Source: Patescibacteria group bacterium (GTDB lineage Bacteria > Patescibacteriota > Minisyncoccia > Phycocordibacterales > JACOZG01). Taken from it: DNA of 64,000 bases. The DNA lies in contig JBBTQW010000002.1 in assembly GCA_038065495.1 (NCBI GenBank), positions 81,321 to 145,320 of the forward strand. Direction: 5' to 3'. The notes beneath the pieces were generated by a model that was not told where the DNA came from, ran no database searches, and was given only the letters and a program-made list of their open reading frames with translations. A program made the translations under genes and the position numbers. Shown piece by piece: positions 38,267 through 47,712 of this stretch. Position 1 is the first letter of the stretch. Each line of letters begins with the position of its first letter.

Positions 38267-39472
38267 TTAATCAACAAACGTGAGCGCGTGACCAGTTTTA
38301 TTACCCCGCCCCGTGCGGCCAATGCGATGGACATAATCCTCATAAGTCGCGGGCAAATCATAGTTGATCACGTGACTGACATTATCAATATCTAGACCAC
38401 GCGCGGCTACATCTGTCGCCACTAAGATCTGACTGTGATTACCATCAAACTGGCTTAGCGCGCGCTGACGCTTAGACTGATTCTTGTTACCGTGAATCGC
38501 TTCGGCTTTGAAGCCACGTTTAATTAAATCTTGCGAGAGCCGCTCCACGCCATGTTTCGTCCGGCCGAAAATTAAAACTTTGCTGAAATGCGACTGGATG
38601 AGTAAATTATGCAAGACTTCGATTTTCTCTTCGCCCCGCTTCACACGCACCACGTCTTGATCAATATTCTTGGAAGTATCACCGGTTTTGACAGAAATCG
38701 TGACCGGCTCTTTGAGAAATTCGCGAATCAGTTTATCTAATTCTGGCTTGATAGTAGCTGAGAATAATAGAGTCTGCCGTTTGGCCGCCATCTGCGACAT
38801 AATAAACCGCATGTCATTAACAAAGCCCATGTCGAGCATTCTGTCTGCCTCATCCAAAACAATAGTGCCGAAAGTTGGCAGTTTCATCACGCCGCGCTCC
38901 ACCAAATCTTTTAACCGGCCCGGTGTGCCGATCACAAAGTTGTGTGGCCGGCGGAGATTAGCGATTTGCTGACCAATCGACGCGCCGCCAACAGTACAAA
39001 CCGAGAAAACGCGCAAAGCACCACGGAAAGCAGCAAATTCTTCGTTAATCTGAATTGCTAATTCCCGCGTGGGCACTACGATCAAGACCCGTTCGCTAGA
39101 ATTAACCAGCACTTTGTTGAGAAGTGGAATCAAGAAAGCCGCTGTCTTGCCGGTTCCCGTATTGGCAATCCCCACCACATCCGAGCCGGCGAGAATAACC
39201 GGGATCGCCTGATCTTGGATTGGTGTCGTTGCTGTGTAACCTTTTGTTAGAATATTGCGTTTAAGTTCCGGACTAATCGCAAAATCAGTAAATTTATGTT
39301 TAGAAGCATAAGCCTTCATCTCCGCCACTGGTTCGGCCTTGCGGATAAACCGCGCTGGATTGATTGCCGGCCCACCCCGGAACCCGCCCCGACCACCACT
39401 TGGCCGGCGAGAATAACCGCCAGGCGGGCGGCTACGACCTCTATAACTACCGTGATTATTACGCTGATACAT
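38267..39472 (-). CDS. DEAD-box RNA helicase
   Basis: TGTGKT, PTRELA, DEAD, SAT and HRIGRTGR motifs. Confidence 0.96.
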   Translation of the reverse strand: MYQRNNHGSYRGRSRPPGGYSRRPSGGRGGFRGGPAINPARFIRKAEPVAEMKAYASKHKFTDFAISPELKRNILTKGYTATTPIQDQAIPVILAGSDVVGIANTGTGKTAAFLIPLLNKVLVNSSERVLIVVPTRELAIQINEEFAAFRGALRVFSVCTVGGASIGQQIANLRRPHNFVIGTPGRLKDLVERGVMKLPTFGTIVLDEADRMLDMGFVNDMRFIMSQMAAKRQTLLFSATIKPELDKLIREFLKEPVTISVKTGDTSKNIDQDVVRVKRGEEKIEVLHNLLIQSHFSKVLIFGRTKHGVERLSQDLIKRGFKAEAIHGNKNQSKRQRALSQFDGNHSQILVATDVAARGLDIDNVSHVINYDLPATYEDYVHRIGRTGRGNKTGHALTFVD

Positions 39473-39513
39473 ACTTAACTTCAGTATATATTAGTCTAGA
39501 TTAGATGTCAAGG

Positions 39514-40488
39514 TTAGAGTCCGCGATAGACGATAGCCGAGATATCAGCGATCACTTGTTGCAATTGCCCAAAGTCCTGCCCCTTGGTCATTACACAGAG
39601 CAAATAAGGCCTGGTGGGATAATAAACAACGCCACAGTCGTGGAGCTCACGAGAGATTACTTGTCCGAGAGCGTCGGTGCTGGTATGTTCGCCAAATTTA
39701 TGAGCCACCACTATATCTGCCGGTACACCGGCCACTAGACCATGCTTGAAGGTAGTGAGGGAAAGGAGCTGGAGAGCATACTCCGATAGACCCCGTGGCA
39801 GATAAGTAGAACTAAAGAGTGTCCGGATAATTTGAGAGAAAACCTGTGGTGACATGTAATCAACCGTATCAGCTGTTGGTGGCGGTGGGATCTTGAGGCC
39901 TTTAAAGACTTCGGCCAAAGCTTGTTTATGCTGATCAAACAGAAGCCCGAGGGCCACATTATCGGAGTCGACGATCATTGCTTCAATCAATTGTTTGATA
40001 GTATAGCGACCGTCTGCTAAAACATGACTGGGTGGATAATGCTGACCAAAATCAGTTTTGTTTTTATAATACAATTCCTCTGTCAGGATATCTGGATTAG
40101 TGCTGGCCGCCTTGAGATACCAGAGCATCACCGCCACCTTAAGCATACTCGATGGGCCATAGAGCCACGTCTCATTTACCCCAGTCCACCGGCCAAAGTT
40201 GAGGTCACGAAAATAAACGGAAATTGATTCGGCCTTACCCTCTCTGGTGGCCTTGTGCACAAACTGCTCGATTTGGCTCTTGAGTGCCGCATACTCCGGC
40301 GACTCACGTGGTATGTCAACGAGCAAAAGAGGTCGGATAAAATGATATTGGCTAGAATCCTCCCGTATCTGTACTAGCGGATTAGGTTGGTGCGAGACAT
40401 ACCAGACACGGAGAAACCAGCCAAGCACAGTACCAACTATCAAAGTAGTCAGAGCAACTTGCCACCAAACTAGACGCTTAAACATCAA
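39514..40488 (-). CDS. Class A beta-lactamase-like serine hydrolase, membrane anchored
   Basis: SSMLK, SDN and HKFG motifs. Confidence 0.85.
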   Translation of the reverse strand: MMFKRLVWWQVALTTLIVGTVLGWFLRVWYVSHQPNPLVQIREDSSQYHFIRPLLLVDIPRESPEYAALKSQIEQFVHKATREGKAESISVYFRDLNFGRWTGVNETWLYGPSSMLKVAVMLWYLKAASTNPDILTEELYYKNKTDFGQHYPPSHVLADGRYTIKQLIEAMIVDSDNVALGLLFDQHKQALAEVFKGLKIPPPPTADTVDYMSPQVFSQIIRTLFSSTYLPRGLSEYALQLLSLTTFKHGLVAGVPADIVVAHKFGEHTSTDALGQVISRELHDCGVVYYPTRPYLLCVMTKGQDFGQLQQVIADISAIVYRGL

Positions 40489-40515
40489 GCCTAGTTTAAC
40501 AAAAAATCACTCTGC

Positions 40516-40543
40516 TTGACAATTTAACTCACTCGACTATACT
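40516..40543 (+). promoter_or_regulatory. Promoter TTGACA-16-TATACT
   Basis: Near-consensus; no ORF follows. Confidence 0.7.
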
Positions 40544-40547
40544 TATA

Positions 40548-40722
40548 GTGTAAGTTCATTGGGCATGTGAGAATGATCGTTGATAGATAGAGTTATCTTC
40601 TAGTTTTCCAATCAGTTCAGCTGTTTACCCATAAACCATAACTCTCTCTTCTCTTCGACTTCATTTCCCTCTCATCCCCAATCCACTTACACCCCCTCGT
40701 CGCTTCGGCACGAGGGTTTTTT
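40548..40722 (+). ncRNA. Candidate structured small RNA (long bulged hairpin plus terminator)
   Basis: GTGTAAGT/ACTTACAC, ATTGGG/CCCAAT and AGAGTTAT/ATAACTCT pairings; ends in a CCCTCGT..TTCG..ACGAGGG-T6 terminator. Confidence 0.6.
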
Positions 40723-40730
40723 CATGTTAA

Positions 40731-41309
40731 TTAACGACTTTCTCCTTCGAAGTCTTGGGCCACTTCGCCAAATTTCAAAGTCACGGGATCAAGCTTGAGC
40801 CAGACACTCTCGCCGACCGAAGGCGCCACTGTCATCGGCTCATCTGGTTTACGCACAGCGTAATTGACCACAATCACATTGTCTCTCAGCGTTTCTCGCA
40901 CTGTTACACCCTCATCAAGATTGACCGACTGCGGCGCAATCCGATCGCCCAAAAAGTAAGAATCAGAACCAACGTGGCCATTGACTGTATCCAGCACGGC
41001 TACGACGTAGAAAAATGTTCCGCTGCCGCCGCCAGTTTGAGTGACCAAGAACACCAAATCTTCTCGGCCATCATTATCCAAGTCGTGTTTAAGTTCGTGA
41101 CCAAAATAGCGGGTAGTAATTTTTGCTCCGGGGATCGAGGCCAGTGCGACTTCCGCCACGCCATCCACCAGCGTAACTGGTGTATTCTCGACTTTAAACG
41201 TTGCGTTGCGCGCATCGAAATTTGCAGAGTTCTCTGACCAGCTAAAACAAATAGCGATAGCAACAACAATGCTAACTACAATAATTAGATAGACGATACT
41301 CTTTTTCAC
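40731..41309 (-). CDS. Secreted or membrane-anchored hypothetical protein
   Basis: N-terminal TM; DLDNDGRED and GGSGTF.Y motifs. Confidence 0.75.
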   Translation of the reverse strand: MKKSIVYLIIVVSIVVAIAICFSWSENSANFDARNATFKVENTPVTLVDGVAEVALASIPGAKITTRYFGHELKHDLDNDGREDLVFLVTQTGGGSGTFFYVVAVLDTVNGHVGSDSYFLGDRIAPQSVNLDEGVTVRETLRDNVIVVNYAVRKPDEPMTVAPSVGESVWLKLDPVTLKFGEVAQDFEGESR

Positions 41310-41381
41310 GTATCCTGAATTATATCTAAATTAAAACTTTTTTGTAATGCCACTGTTGCGCCGGCGTCTTAGCTAGAGAAG

Positions 41382-41564
41382 ATGACTGATATTATCCATG
41401 CCGATATCTTCTTCTTTGTGGCAACGCTCGCGCTCATCGCCATTAGCGTTCTCGTAGCGATTGCCCTGACTTATTTGATTATCTTACTCCGCCGTCTCAA
41501 CCAGACTAGCAAAGATGCCGCCAATATTGTGTCGCGAATCAAGAAGTTTTTTAAAAAGCGTTAG
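41382..41564 (+). CDS. Small single-TM protein
   Basis: ADIFFFV.T followed by a TM segment. Confidence 0.65.
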   Translation: MTDIIHADIFFFVATLALIAISVLVAIALTYLIILLRRLNQTSKDAANIVSRIKKFFKKR

Positions 41565-41602
41565 AAATTATTAAGAAATAAGACAAAAATAAAAAGAAAA
41601 AT

Positions 41603-41782
41603 ATGAAGAAAAAACCAGAGAAAAAACCAGAGAAAAAACAAAATTATGAGGCGATCACTCACGCCATTGCTGATAAGTACCACGTGCTCAAGCAGGCCAG
41701 CCTGGATGATATTCTCGTCTTTGCCCGCGATCTCAATCACGCTTGGCAGAAGTTGGAGAAAAGCGCCGGCAAGAAGATATAA
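41603..41782 (+). CDS. Small basic helical protein (59 aa; not in the ORF track)
   Basis: Translated by hand: MKKKPEKKPEKKQNYEAITHAIADKYHVLKQASLDDILVFARDLNHAWQKLEKSAGKKI. Confidence 0.5.
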   Translation: MKKKPEKKPEKKQNYEAITHAIADKYHVLKQASLDDILVFARDLNHAWQKLEKSAGKKI

Positions 41783-41794
41783 CAAGATATAACT

Positions 41795-41941
41795 ATGCCT
41801 GATACAAAATCAAAAGATATTGACGCCGACAACGCTAGCCGAGAGGCCGCTGAGGCCGAGGAGCGAGCCAATGACGCCCACGAAGCCGCTGCCAAAGAGC
41901 ATGAGGAAAAAGCCGCCGAACACGAAGAGAGGAGCAATTAG
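41795..41941 (+). CDS. Small acidic Ala/Glu/His-rich peptide (48 aa; not in the ORF track)
   Basis: Translated by hand: MPDTKSKDIDADNASREAAEAEERANDAHEAAAKEHEEKAAEHEERSN. Confidence 0.5.
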   Translation: MPDTKSKDIDADNASREAAEAEERANDAHEAAAKEHEEKAAEHEERSN

Positions 41942-41948
41942 AATTAAC

Positions 41949-42023
41949 TGGCTCCCTGGGTAGGATTCGAACCTACGACCAATCGCTTAACAGGCGACTG
42001 CGCTACCGCTGCGCCACCAGGGA
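41949..42023 (-). tRNA. tRNA-Asn(GTT), CCA encoded
   Basis: TCCCTGG/CCAGGGA acceptor stem; GTCGC-CTGTTAA-GCGAT anticodon arm; GGTTCGAATCC T-arm. Confidence 0.96.
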
Positions 42024-42042
42024 ATAAAAGGAATCGGAAATA

Positions 42043-43074
42043 CTATAACACAACTCCCCCGCCCAAGCATCTCTCGCCAGCGTAGAGTACTAAAGATTGA
42101 CCAGAAGCTAGCGCGCCCGGAGAAACCAAGAAGGTGACCTTATTTTTGTTAATTTTACAATCCAAAAGTTCTCCGCGATGCCTAATCCGCGCCTGATAGA
42201 TCTCACCAGTTTCTGGTCTCGCTAACCAATTAGTATCGACTAGATTAATTATATTATTTTCTAAAACTGGTGGCTGGTCTGACACAATTAAAATATTCCG
42301 CTTCAAATCTTTCCGCACAATATAACCGTGATGACGCTCGCCGATCGTGTAGAACCACACGCCGTCGTGCTGGCCCACCACTTTCTCTTTCCCAGCAACA
42401 ATTTTCACCACTTTACCGGTTTTAGTTTTAATATATTTCTGCAGAAACTTTTTCACATCCAATTTGCCAATAAAACACAAACCCTGACTATCTTTCTTCG
42501 CAAAATTTGGTAGCTTAAACTTTTTCGCTAATTTTCTCACTTCAGTTTTCTGATAATTCCCAACCGGAAACAAGCACTTCTCTAACTGTTCGGGTTTTAA
42601 AGTCCACAAGAAATAGCTCTGATCTTTATTCTTGTCTCTACCCATCGCGAGCGAGAAAATATTTTTATTTCTAACAACTTGCGCATAATGTCCAGTCGCG
42701 ACAAAGTCCGCGCCGTTCTTGATGGCCCAATCGTAAAAAGCGCCGAATTTCACACTTCTATTACATTCAATGTCCGGATTCGGCGTGCGGCCAGCTTTAT
42801 ATTCTCGAATCATATATTTCACCACTTGCTTCTCATATTCTTCGCTCAGATCTATCGTAACAAGTGGAATATCCAAGACTGCCGCCACGCGCATGGCCTC
42901 GCGTCTATCTTCTCTCCAAGTACACTTAAAACCTTCCGGCTCCCAGACTTTGATAAACACGCCGGTCACGCTGTAACCAGCTTGCTTGAGTAGCGCCGCC
43001 GAGACCGAGCTATCCACGCCACCGGACATGCCCACAAAGACTCGTTTATTTCGCTCTCCTTTCTTATTCATCAT
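42043..43074 (-). CDS. mnmA: tRNA 2-thiouridylase
   Basis: MSGGVDSS, TPNPDIECN, ATGHYA, KDQSYFL and DSQGLCF motifs. Confidence 0.97.
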   Translation of the reverse strand: MMNKKGERNKRVFVGMSGGVDSSVSAALLKQAGYSVTGVFIKVWEPEGFKCTWREDRREAMRVAAVLDIPLVTIDLSEEYEKQVVKYMIREYKAGRTPNPDIECNRSVKFGAFYDWAIKNGADFVATGHYAQVVRNKNIFSLAMGRDKNKDQSYFLWTLKPEQLEKCLFPVGNYQKTEVRKLAKKFKLPNFAKKDSQGLCFIGKLDVKKFLQKYIKTKTGKVVKIVAGKEKVVGQHDGVWFYTIGERHHGYIVRKDLKRNILIVSDQPPVLENNIINLVDTNWLARPETGEIYQARIRHRGELLDCKINKNKVTFLVSPGALASGQSLVLYAGERCLGGGVVL

Positions 43075-43091
43075 AATTAAGCTAACATATC

Positions 43092-43817
43092 TTGATGTTA
43101 ATAGTAATCAGCTTGGCGACAGCTATCTTTACTCTACTTGGTGGCTTATTCGCGCTCAAGTTCCGCGATAAACTGCACTTGATTCTCGGCTTCTCGGCCG
43201 GCGCACTCATCGGCGTGGCTTTCTTCGACTTGTTACCCGAAGCTCTCGAGCTTGGCGAGAATTATTTCTCTACTTCGCAAATCACTAGTCTAATCGCGCT
43301 GGGCTTTCTAGTTTATCTAATCTTAGACAGATTAATCTTGCCCCACAGTCATCATCACGATGAACATTGTGAGAACGAGAGTCACCGTGGCCGGTTCGCT
43401 GCCGGCTCGCTCTCCTTCCACAGCTTGCTCGACGGCATCGCGATCGGTCTCGCCTTCCAAGTTTCTAGCGCGGTTGGTTTAATCGTGACTCTCGCAGTGC
43501 TAACTCACAAGTTTCTCGACGGCATCAGCATCGTTAGTTTAATCCTGAAAGACGGCGGTGAGAAGAAGCTAGCCTTCCAGTGGCTAAGCCTCGCTTCCAT
43601 CGCGCCAGTGGTTGGCATCATCTCCACCCTGTTCTTCACTCTCCCACAATCTGCGCTCGCACTGATCCTCGCATTCTTCGCCGGCTTCTTCTTCTACATT
43701 GGTGCCAGCGACTTGCTCCCCGAGAGTCATCACGCTCACCCCACGCGCTGGACAACTCTTGCTACTATTTTGGGCCTTATCGTGATTTACACGGCGGTTA
43801 GTGTGGCTGGGGTTTAG
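43092..43817 (+). CDS. ZIP-family metal transporter
   Basis: His-rich loop; HSLLDG and HKFLDG motifs; multiple TM segments. Confidence 0.9.
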   Translation: MMLIVISLATAIFTLLGGLFALKFRDKLHLILGFSAGALIGVAFFDLLPEALELGENYFSTSQITSLIALGFLVYLILDRLILPHSHHHDEHCENESHRGRFAAGSLSFHSLLDGIAIGLAFQVSSAVGLIVTLAVLTHKFLDGISIVSLILKDGGEKKLAFQWLSLASIAPVVGIISTLFFTLPQSALALILAFFAGFFFYIGASDLLPESHHAHPTRWTTLATILGLIVIYTAVSVAGV

Positions 43818-43848
43818 GAAATTTTGGGAAAATAAAAAAGCCACCGGA

Positions 43849-44139
43849 TTAGGGTGGCTCGACGAAAAATGCTTCCATCATCGTCGTTTTGATTCTAGAA
43901 GAGAGATCTCCTTCGATGATCTTGGGAATAACCTGACTAATCAAGTTCAAGAGAACTCGTGTATCTATCTCTGTGAACTGTTCAGCAGTCCTTCCGGACG
44001 ACTCAAGATCGACAATCTCAAGCTCTAGTTTTTCGAAAAGTTTTCGCGCCAATTTTTCCTCTTTCTTGTAAACCTTGACCTTGCAGAAGGTAAAGGCAAG
44101 AACGAAGAAAATTTCCACCGTCGGATGATTCATATTCAT
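43849..44139 (-). CDS. Hypothetical protein (solo cassette)
   Basis: SD GGAG; promoter TTGACA-16-TAGTCT (44222-44195); terminator hairpin at 43834-43859. Confidence 0.55.
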   Translation of the reverse strand: MNMNHPTVEIFFVLAFTFCKVKVYKKEEKLARKLFEKLELEIVDLESSGRTAEQFTEIDTRVLLNLISQVIPKIIEGDLSSRIKTTMMEAFFVEPP

Positions 44140-44274
44140 ATTAACTCCAATCTTCAAAGACCGTGAGCGGCACGTTGCCACCTTATCTAGTGATAGACTA
44201 CAAAACTACAACACACTGTCAAGTCTTGACAAAATGTGGTGTAATCACGCCACAGGCGGACAAGTTTTCTGGCA

Positions 44275-44303
44275 ATCCTCCTTCGCCAAGGCTACGGCGG
44301 GAT
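44275..44303. repeat. REP-like palindromic repeat, copy 1 (CCTTCGCCAAGGCTACGGCGGG)
   Basis: Near-identical to 55923-55950. Confidence 0.6.
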
Positions 44304-44307
44304 AAAT

Positions 44308-44343
44308 AAAAAAAGCGCCTCGGGTTTGTAGCCCGAAGCGCTT
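44308..44343 (-). terminator. Intrinsic terminator of the secreted-protein operon
   Basis: AAGCGCCTCGGG...CCCGAAGCGCTT stem plus A-tract. Confidence 0.7.
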
Positions 44344-44395
44344 GTGATTTTTCGTCTAGAACCAATCACTGGGATTAGCTCAGACTAGTTTCTCC

Positions 44396-44767
44396 CTAGT
44401 TGAGTAGCAAAGAAACGAAAGTGGGAATGTCAAGTTCCGAGGCCCAGAGACCGCTGGGCGTTCCCTGACCATAAATCTTGGCAAGGACGAAAGCTTGGAC
44501 ATCCAAGCCGTCGATTGCGCCATCGCAGTTCACATCTCCGGAGAGACATTGCGTCATGGCACGGAACAAGAATTCCGAGCCGTGCCAGACAGTGAGACCG
44601 CCGCCAGTTGAGACGCCAGTTATCGGCTGGCACAACAAATGGAACGCTGGTCCAGCCGAGGTCATTGCGCCGCTGGATAGCACGGCATGACGGATCTCGA
44701 TATCGGCTTGAGCGCTGACCGGAAGCAAGCAAGCAAATACACACAAAACGAACAGAAACCTCTTCAC
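44396..44767 (-). CDS. Secreted protein with a dockerin-like/EF-hand motif
   Basis: Signal peptide; GDVNCDGAIDGLDVQAFV ... DIPTFVSLLL. Confidence 0.7.
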   Translation of the reverse strand: MKRFLFVLCVFACLLPVSAQADIEIRHAVLSSGAMTSAGPAFHLLCQPITGVSTGGGLTVWHGSEFLFRAMTQCLSGDVNCDGAIDGLDVQAFVLAKIYGQGTPSGLWASELDIPTFVSLLLN

Positions 44768-44825
44768 AATTTTAACCTCTTTTCTTTCTTCGTTTGTTTT
44801 GTTTCTAGTTCTTGAGCAACTCAGA

Positions 44826-45548
44826 TCACGGACCGGTTATGGTCAGACCTTTGCAAGTGAGCCATCCGCTGGAACCATCCAGAGTGACGGTCTCCTGCCC
44901 GGCAGAATCGCAGGCAAAGACTTTGCCACTCCCGGCATTATTCCTTAATCCCGCCAACAGTGTCCCATTGGCAGAAAAAACGTTAACGACACCATTGATT
45001 CCGTCGAGAAAGATCACATCAACATTCGCTCCGTTCTTGATAACCAAAGAGCCCGGAGCAGAAGTTTGACCAAGGACAAGATTATTCGGGACCGTCGCGG
45101 CATAAACCGCATAAGGTACCCAAACAAACTGGATTCTTGGCGAAACCGCATTGCCATCGACAGAGAGCTCCAGATAACGATCACTGCCACCGGCAAACGA
45201 GGCAACCTGGACGGTAAACAGTGTGTTAATCACACCGTTGGTGACAGGCACGCTGGCAATGCTGTCTGGCGTCCCAATCACCGCGCCACCCGTTGGAGCA
45301 TTATAGATCGTAAAGGTCAGATCTGCCGGACCGAGCAAAGCCTGTGTGCCATCCATAAGGAGAGCACTGTAGCTAAACTCGACATCACTCACGCTTCTCC
45401 CGCTATTGTTAACAACAACCGCGAGCTTTGGGTCCTGGACCTGAACAGAGCCAGGGCCAGCAATCGCTCTGCTCTGCAGATGGGGAAGCAAAAAAGCTCC
45501 CGCAACGACACAGGCGAACGCAAACGAACCGAAACATTTTCGAACCAT
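44826..45548 (-). CDS. Secreted beta-rich hypothetical protein
   Basis: Signal peptide; DLTFTIYNAPTGG...YLELSVDG...PR...VPYA pattern seen at N-termini of fibre/collagen-like proteins. Confidence 0.7.
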   Translation of the reverse strand: MVRKCFGSFAFACVVAGAFLLPHLQSRAIAGPGSVQVQDPKLAVVVNNSGRSVSDVEFSYSALLMDGTQALLGPADLTFTIYNAPTGGAVIGTPDSIASVPVTNGVINTLFTVQVASFAGGSDRYLELSVDGNAVSPRIQFVWVPYAVYAATVPNNLVLGQTSAPGSLVIKNGANVDVIFLDGINGVVNVFSANGTLLAGLRNNAGSGKVFACDSAGQETVTLDGSSGWLTCKGLTITGP

Positions 45549-45613
45549 TTTACTTTCCTCTATCTTTCTTTTTTCCCGCTAGAAGCTTGAGCTTCTAGCT
45601 TTTAGTTTACTGT

Positions 45614-46981
45614 TTACTCACCAACCACAGCCGGCCCACCGTGGGCCCTAATGGTCAGAAGTTTGCTTGTGCTGAACGCGTTTCCTTCCGCAGCCGTGTA
45701 ATGGCCATTAACAACCACAATCAGTCCGCCACTAGCAATTCTCGTGACAGCCTCTGATAGATCAAAGTGTGGCCGGAACACGGTGCCTTCGATATTGTTC
45801 ATTGGCTGTGGGTGATTTCTATCCACCAACCGAAACTCCGCAAAAGAACCTTTCATGTAATTGGCAATATCAGCCTCAAACTGATTATTCTCAAACGAGG
45901 TTCCCTTATTGCCAGCGGGCGGATTACAGCCACCATGCGTGTGGATACCCATCACTAGGCCATTAAGTTCCAAAATGATCGGACTGCCAGAGTTGCCACC
46001 GGTAGTGTTCACTCGATACTCATGATTGATCCAAGAGGAGCTAATCGTATTCTCAGCCACATAAGGACCAGTGGCCGTTTGCCGAGTAAAATTGTCCACA
46101 CCGCTATCGCTACCAAAGCCGGTCACTCGGACAATGCCACCAGCGGCCGGTTTCTCTCGCGTTAAGCGAAAACCAATGCCGTACTTCTGCCAAGGCAGAA
46201 GACCATCACTGTTTGGCCCAATCGAGAAAATGGCATAGTCATTACCCGGCACAGCCGTCTCACCTGGGGAACGAACAATTGCACCAGTGAGATCCACTGG
46301 GAACTGGTCGGCCACTGGTGCCGGATTAATCGTTCCGTCGAGGTCGGAAGCTGGGACAGGTCCAAACTCCGCCACGCCAGAAAGATCCAAGACGCCGTTA
46401 CCGTCAGGATCAACGCAATGCCCGGCACTGAAGACAACTTCTCCCACACCCAGGCCACCACGTGAGCCAATGCCAACGGTAAAGCAAGTGCAAGGCCCAA
46501 GGCCAAGTCGCCCGATTCTGCCGTCGTTAGAAGCCACGCGATCGTCAGGGCCACACAAGCTTCTCTCTACTTGCTCCTGACCTCTTAGACCTTCCAGTAC
46601 TTCATCAACAGACACGGAGATACCTTGCTCGCCGGGCGCCACGTGGAGTTCGATCTCCACCGCATCGCCCTTAAAGAAAGCCGACGCATTGGCCCAGAGA
46701 GCAAGCGCCGTGCTGTCCAACTTCTGCTCCTCCAAAGTTTGGAGACTTCGCAGAATAATGTAGCTGCGCTTACCCAAATTTGCTTTGAGATGAACCCGCA
46801 GCCACGGAGCGCCAACAAATTGTACGGTACCCCCCGAAAAGGGTTTGGTAAATTTGTCGGTGTGATTACCGTGAACTTGTGAGTCCAGGGCAACACAGTG
46901 ATGTGTATACCTCGGTCTTGGCTCACCAAAACTTGGTGAGGCCAAAACCAGAACTAACAACAAACTACTCAGTCTCATCAA
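45614..46981 (-). CDS. Secreted trypsin-like serine protease
   Basis: SAGHC, DYA and GGNSGSP catalytic triad motifs; signal peptide. Confidence 0.88.
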   Translation of the reverse strand: MMRLSSLLLVLVLASPSFGEPRPRYTHHCVALDSQVHGNHTDKFTKPFSGGTVQFVGAPWLRVHLKANLGKRSYIILRSLQTLEEQKLDSTALALWANASAFFKGDAVEIELHVAPGEQGISVSVDEVLEGLRGQEQVERSLCGPDDRVASNDGRIGRLGLGPCTCFTVGIGSRGGLGVGEVVFSAGHCVDPDGNGVLDLSGVAEFGPVPASDLDGTINPAPVADQFPVDLTGAIVRSPGETAVPGNDYAIFSIGPNSDGLLPWQKYGIGFRLTREKPAAGGIVRVTGFGSDSGVDNFTRQTATGPYVAENTISSSWINHEYRVNTTGGNSGSPIILELNGLVMGIHTHGGCNPPAGNKGTSFENNQFEADIANYMKGSFAEFRLVDRNHPQPMNNIEGTVFRPHFDLSEAVTRIASGGLIVVVNGHYTAAEGNAFSTSKLLTIRAHGGPAVVGE

Positions 46982-47114
46982 TACACCTTCTTTCTTTTTC
47001 TTTTTTTCTAGTTGTTTTTTTGCTTACTTTTACTTCTCAAAACTAATTAAGAAGAATGATTGTCAATGACCTGCTCTCACACATAAATGCGAGCAAAAGA
47101 TCAAAGCCAATCTC

Positions 47115-47143
47115 AAATTACACCAAAAGACCTATTCCGTCAA
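47115..47143 (-). promoter_or_regulatory. Promoter TTGACG-17-TAATTT for the 46981-44396 operon
   Basis: Read directly; boxA-like GGTCATTGACAA at 47071-47060. Confidence 0.5.
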
Positions 47144-47144
47144 A

Positions 47145-47696
47145 TTACGGTAGTTCTAGTAGTTTCTTGAAAATCTCGAAGGTCGTGCGCGCGTCGGCGA
47201 GGGCTGTGTGAGCTGACTGATTCTTGACGCCAAAATATTCGCTCAAAGCCCAGAGGGAGAGTTTCTGCAGTTCCGGCCGCGCGTGCAATTTACCAAAAAC
47301 CATCGAAGGCAAGTCCATCTTGTGATAAAACACTCGCGGCATGATCTTCGTCTCTGCGAAAGCATGCTCTAAGAATGACCAGTCGAAGGTCACATTCTGC
47401 GCCACCACAGTTGTATCTTGAATTTTTTCAGCCAGAGTTTTCATCGCTTGTTCGAGCGAAACAGCAAAAAGCCAATCGCCATCGTTGTAACCATTCACCC
47501 GCAAGGCTTCTGGCTCGGCTTGGTTGAGTCTAGTCGGCTTCACCTTCAGTTCTAGCTCATCGACAATCTCCCATTTTGGCCTGGCACTATCATCCAGTGG
47601 CCGGACGACTAAGCAACCTAATTCGATTATTTCATGCTTAGACGGATCCAGTCCGGTCGTTTCTAAGTCTACGAACGCTAATTTAGTTTTCTTCAT
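47145..47696 (-). CDS. DEDDh 3'-5' exonuclease (DnaQ-like)
   Basis: DLETTG, N..FD and HTALAD motifs. Confidence 0.92.
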   Translation of the reverse strand: MKKTKLAFVDLETTGLDPSKHEIIELGCLVVRPLDDSARPKWEIVDELELKVKPTRLNQAEPEALRVNGYNDGDWLFAVSLEQAMKTLAEKIQDTTVVAQNVTFDWSFLEHAFAETKIMPRVFYHKMDLPSMVFGKLHARPELQKLSLWALSEYFGVKNQSAHTALADARTTFEIFKKLLELP

Positions 47697-47712
47697 GTTT
47701 TTTATATTTAAT

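Noticed and set aside
40548-40722. Assignment of the ncRNA candidate as SRP RNA, tmRNA or RNase P
   Set aside because: No SRP domain IV motif, no tRNA-like ends, and too short for RNase P. A 6S identity is unproven because the open region is terminal rather than central.
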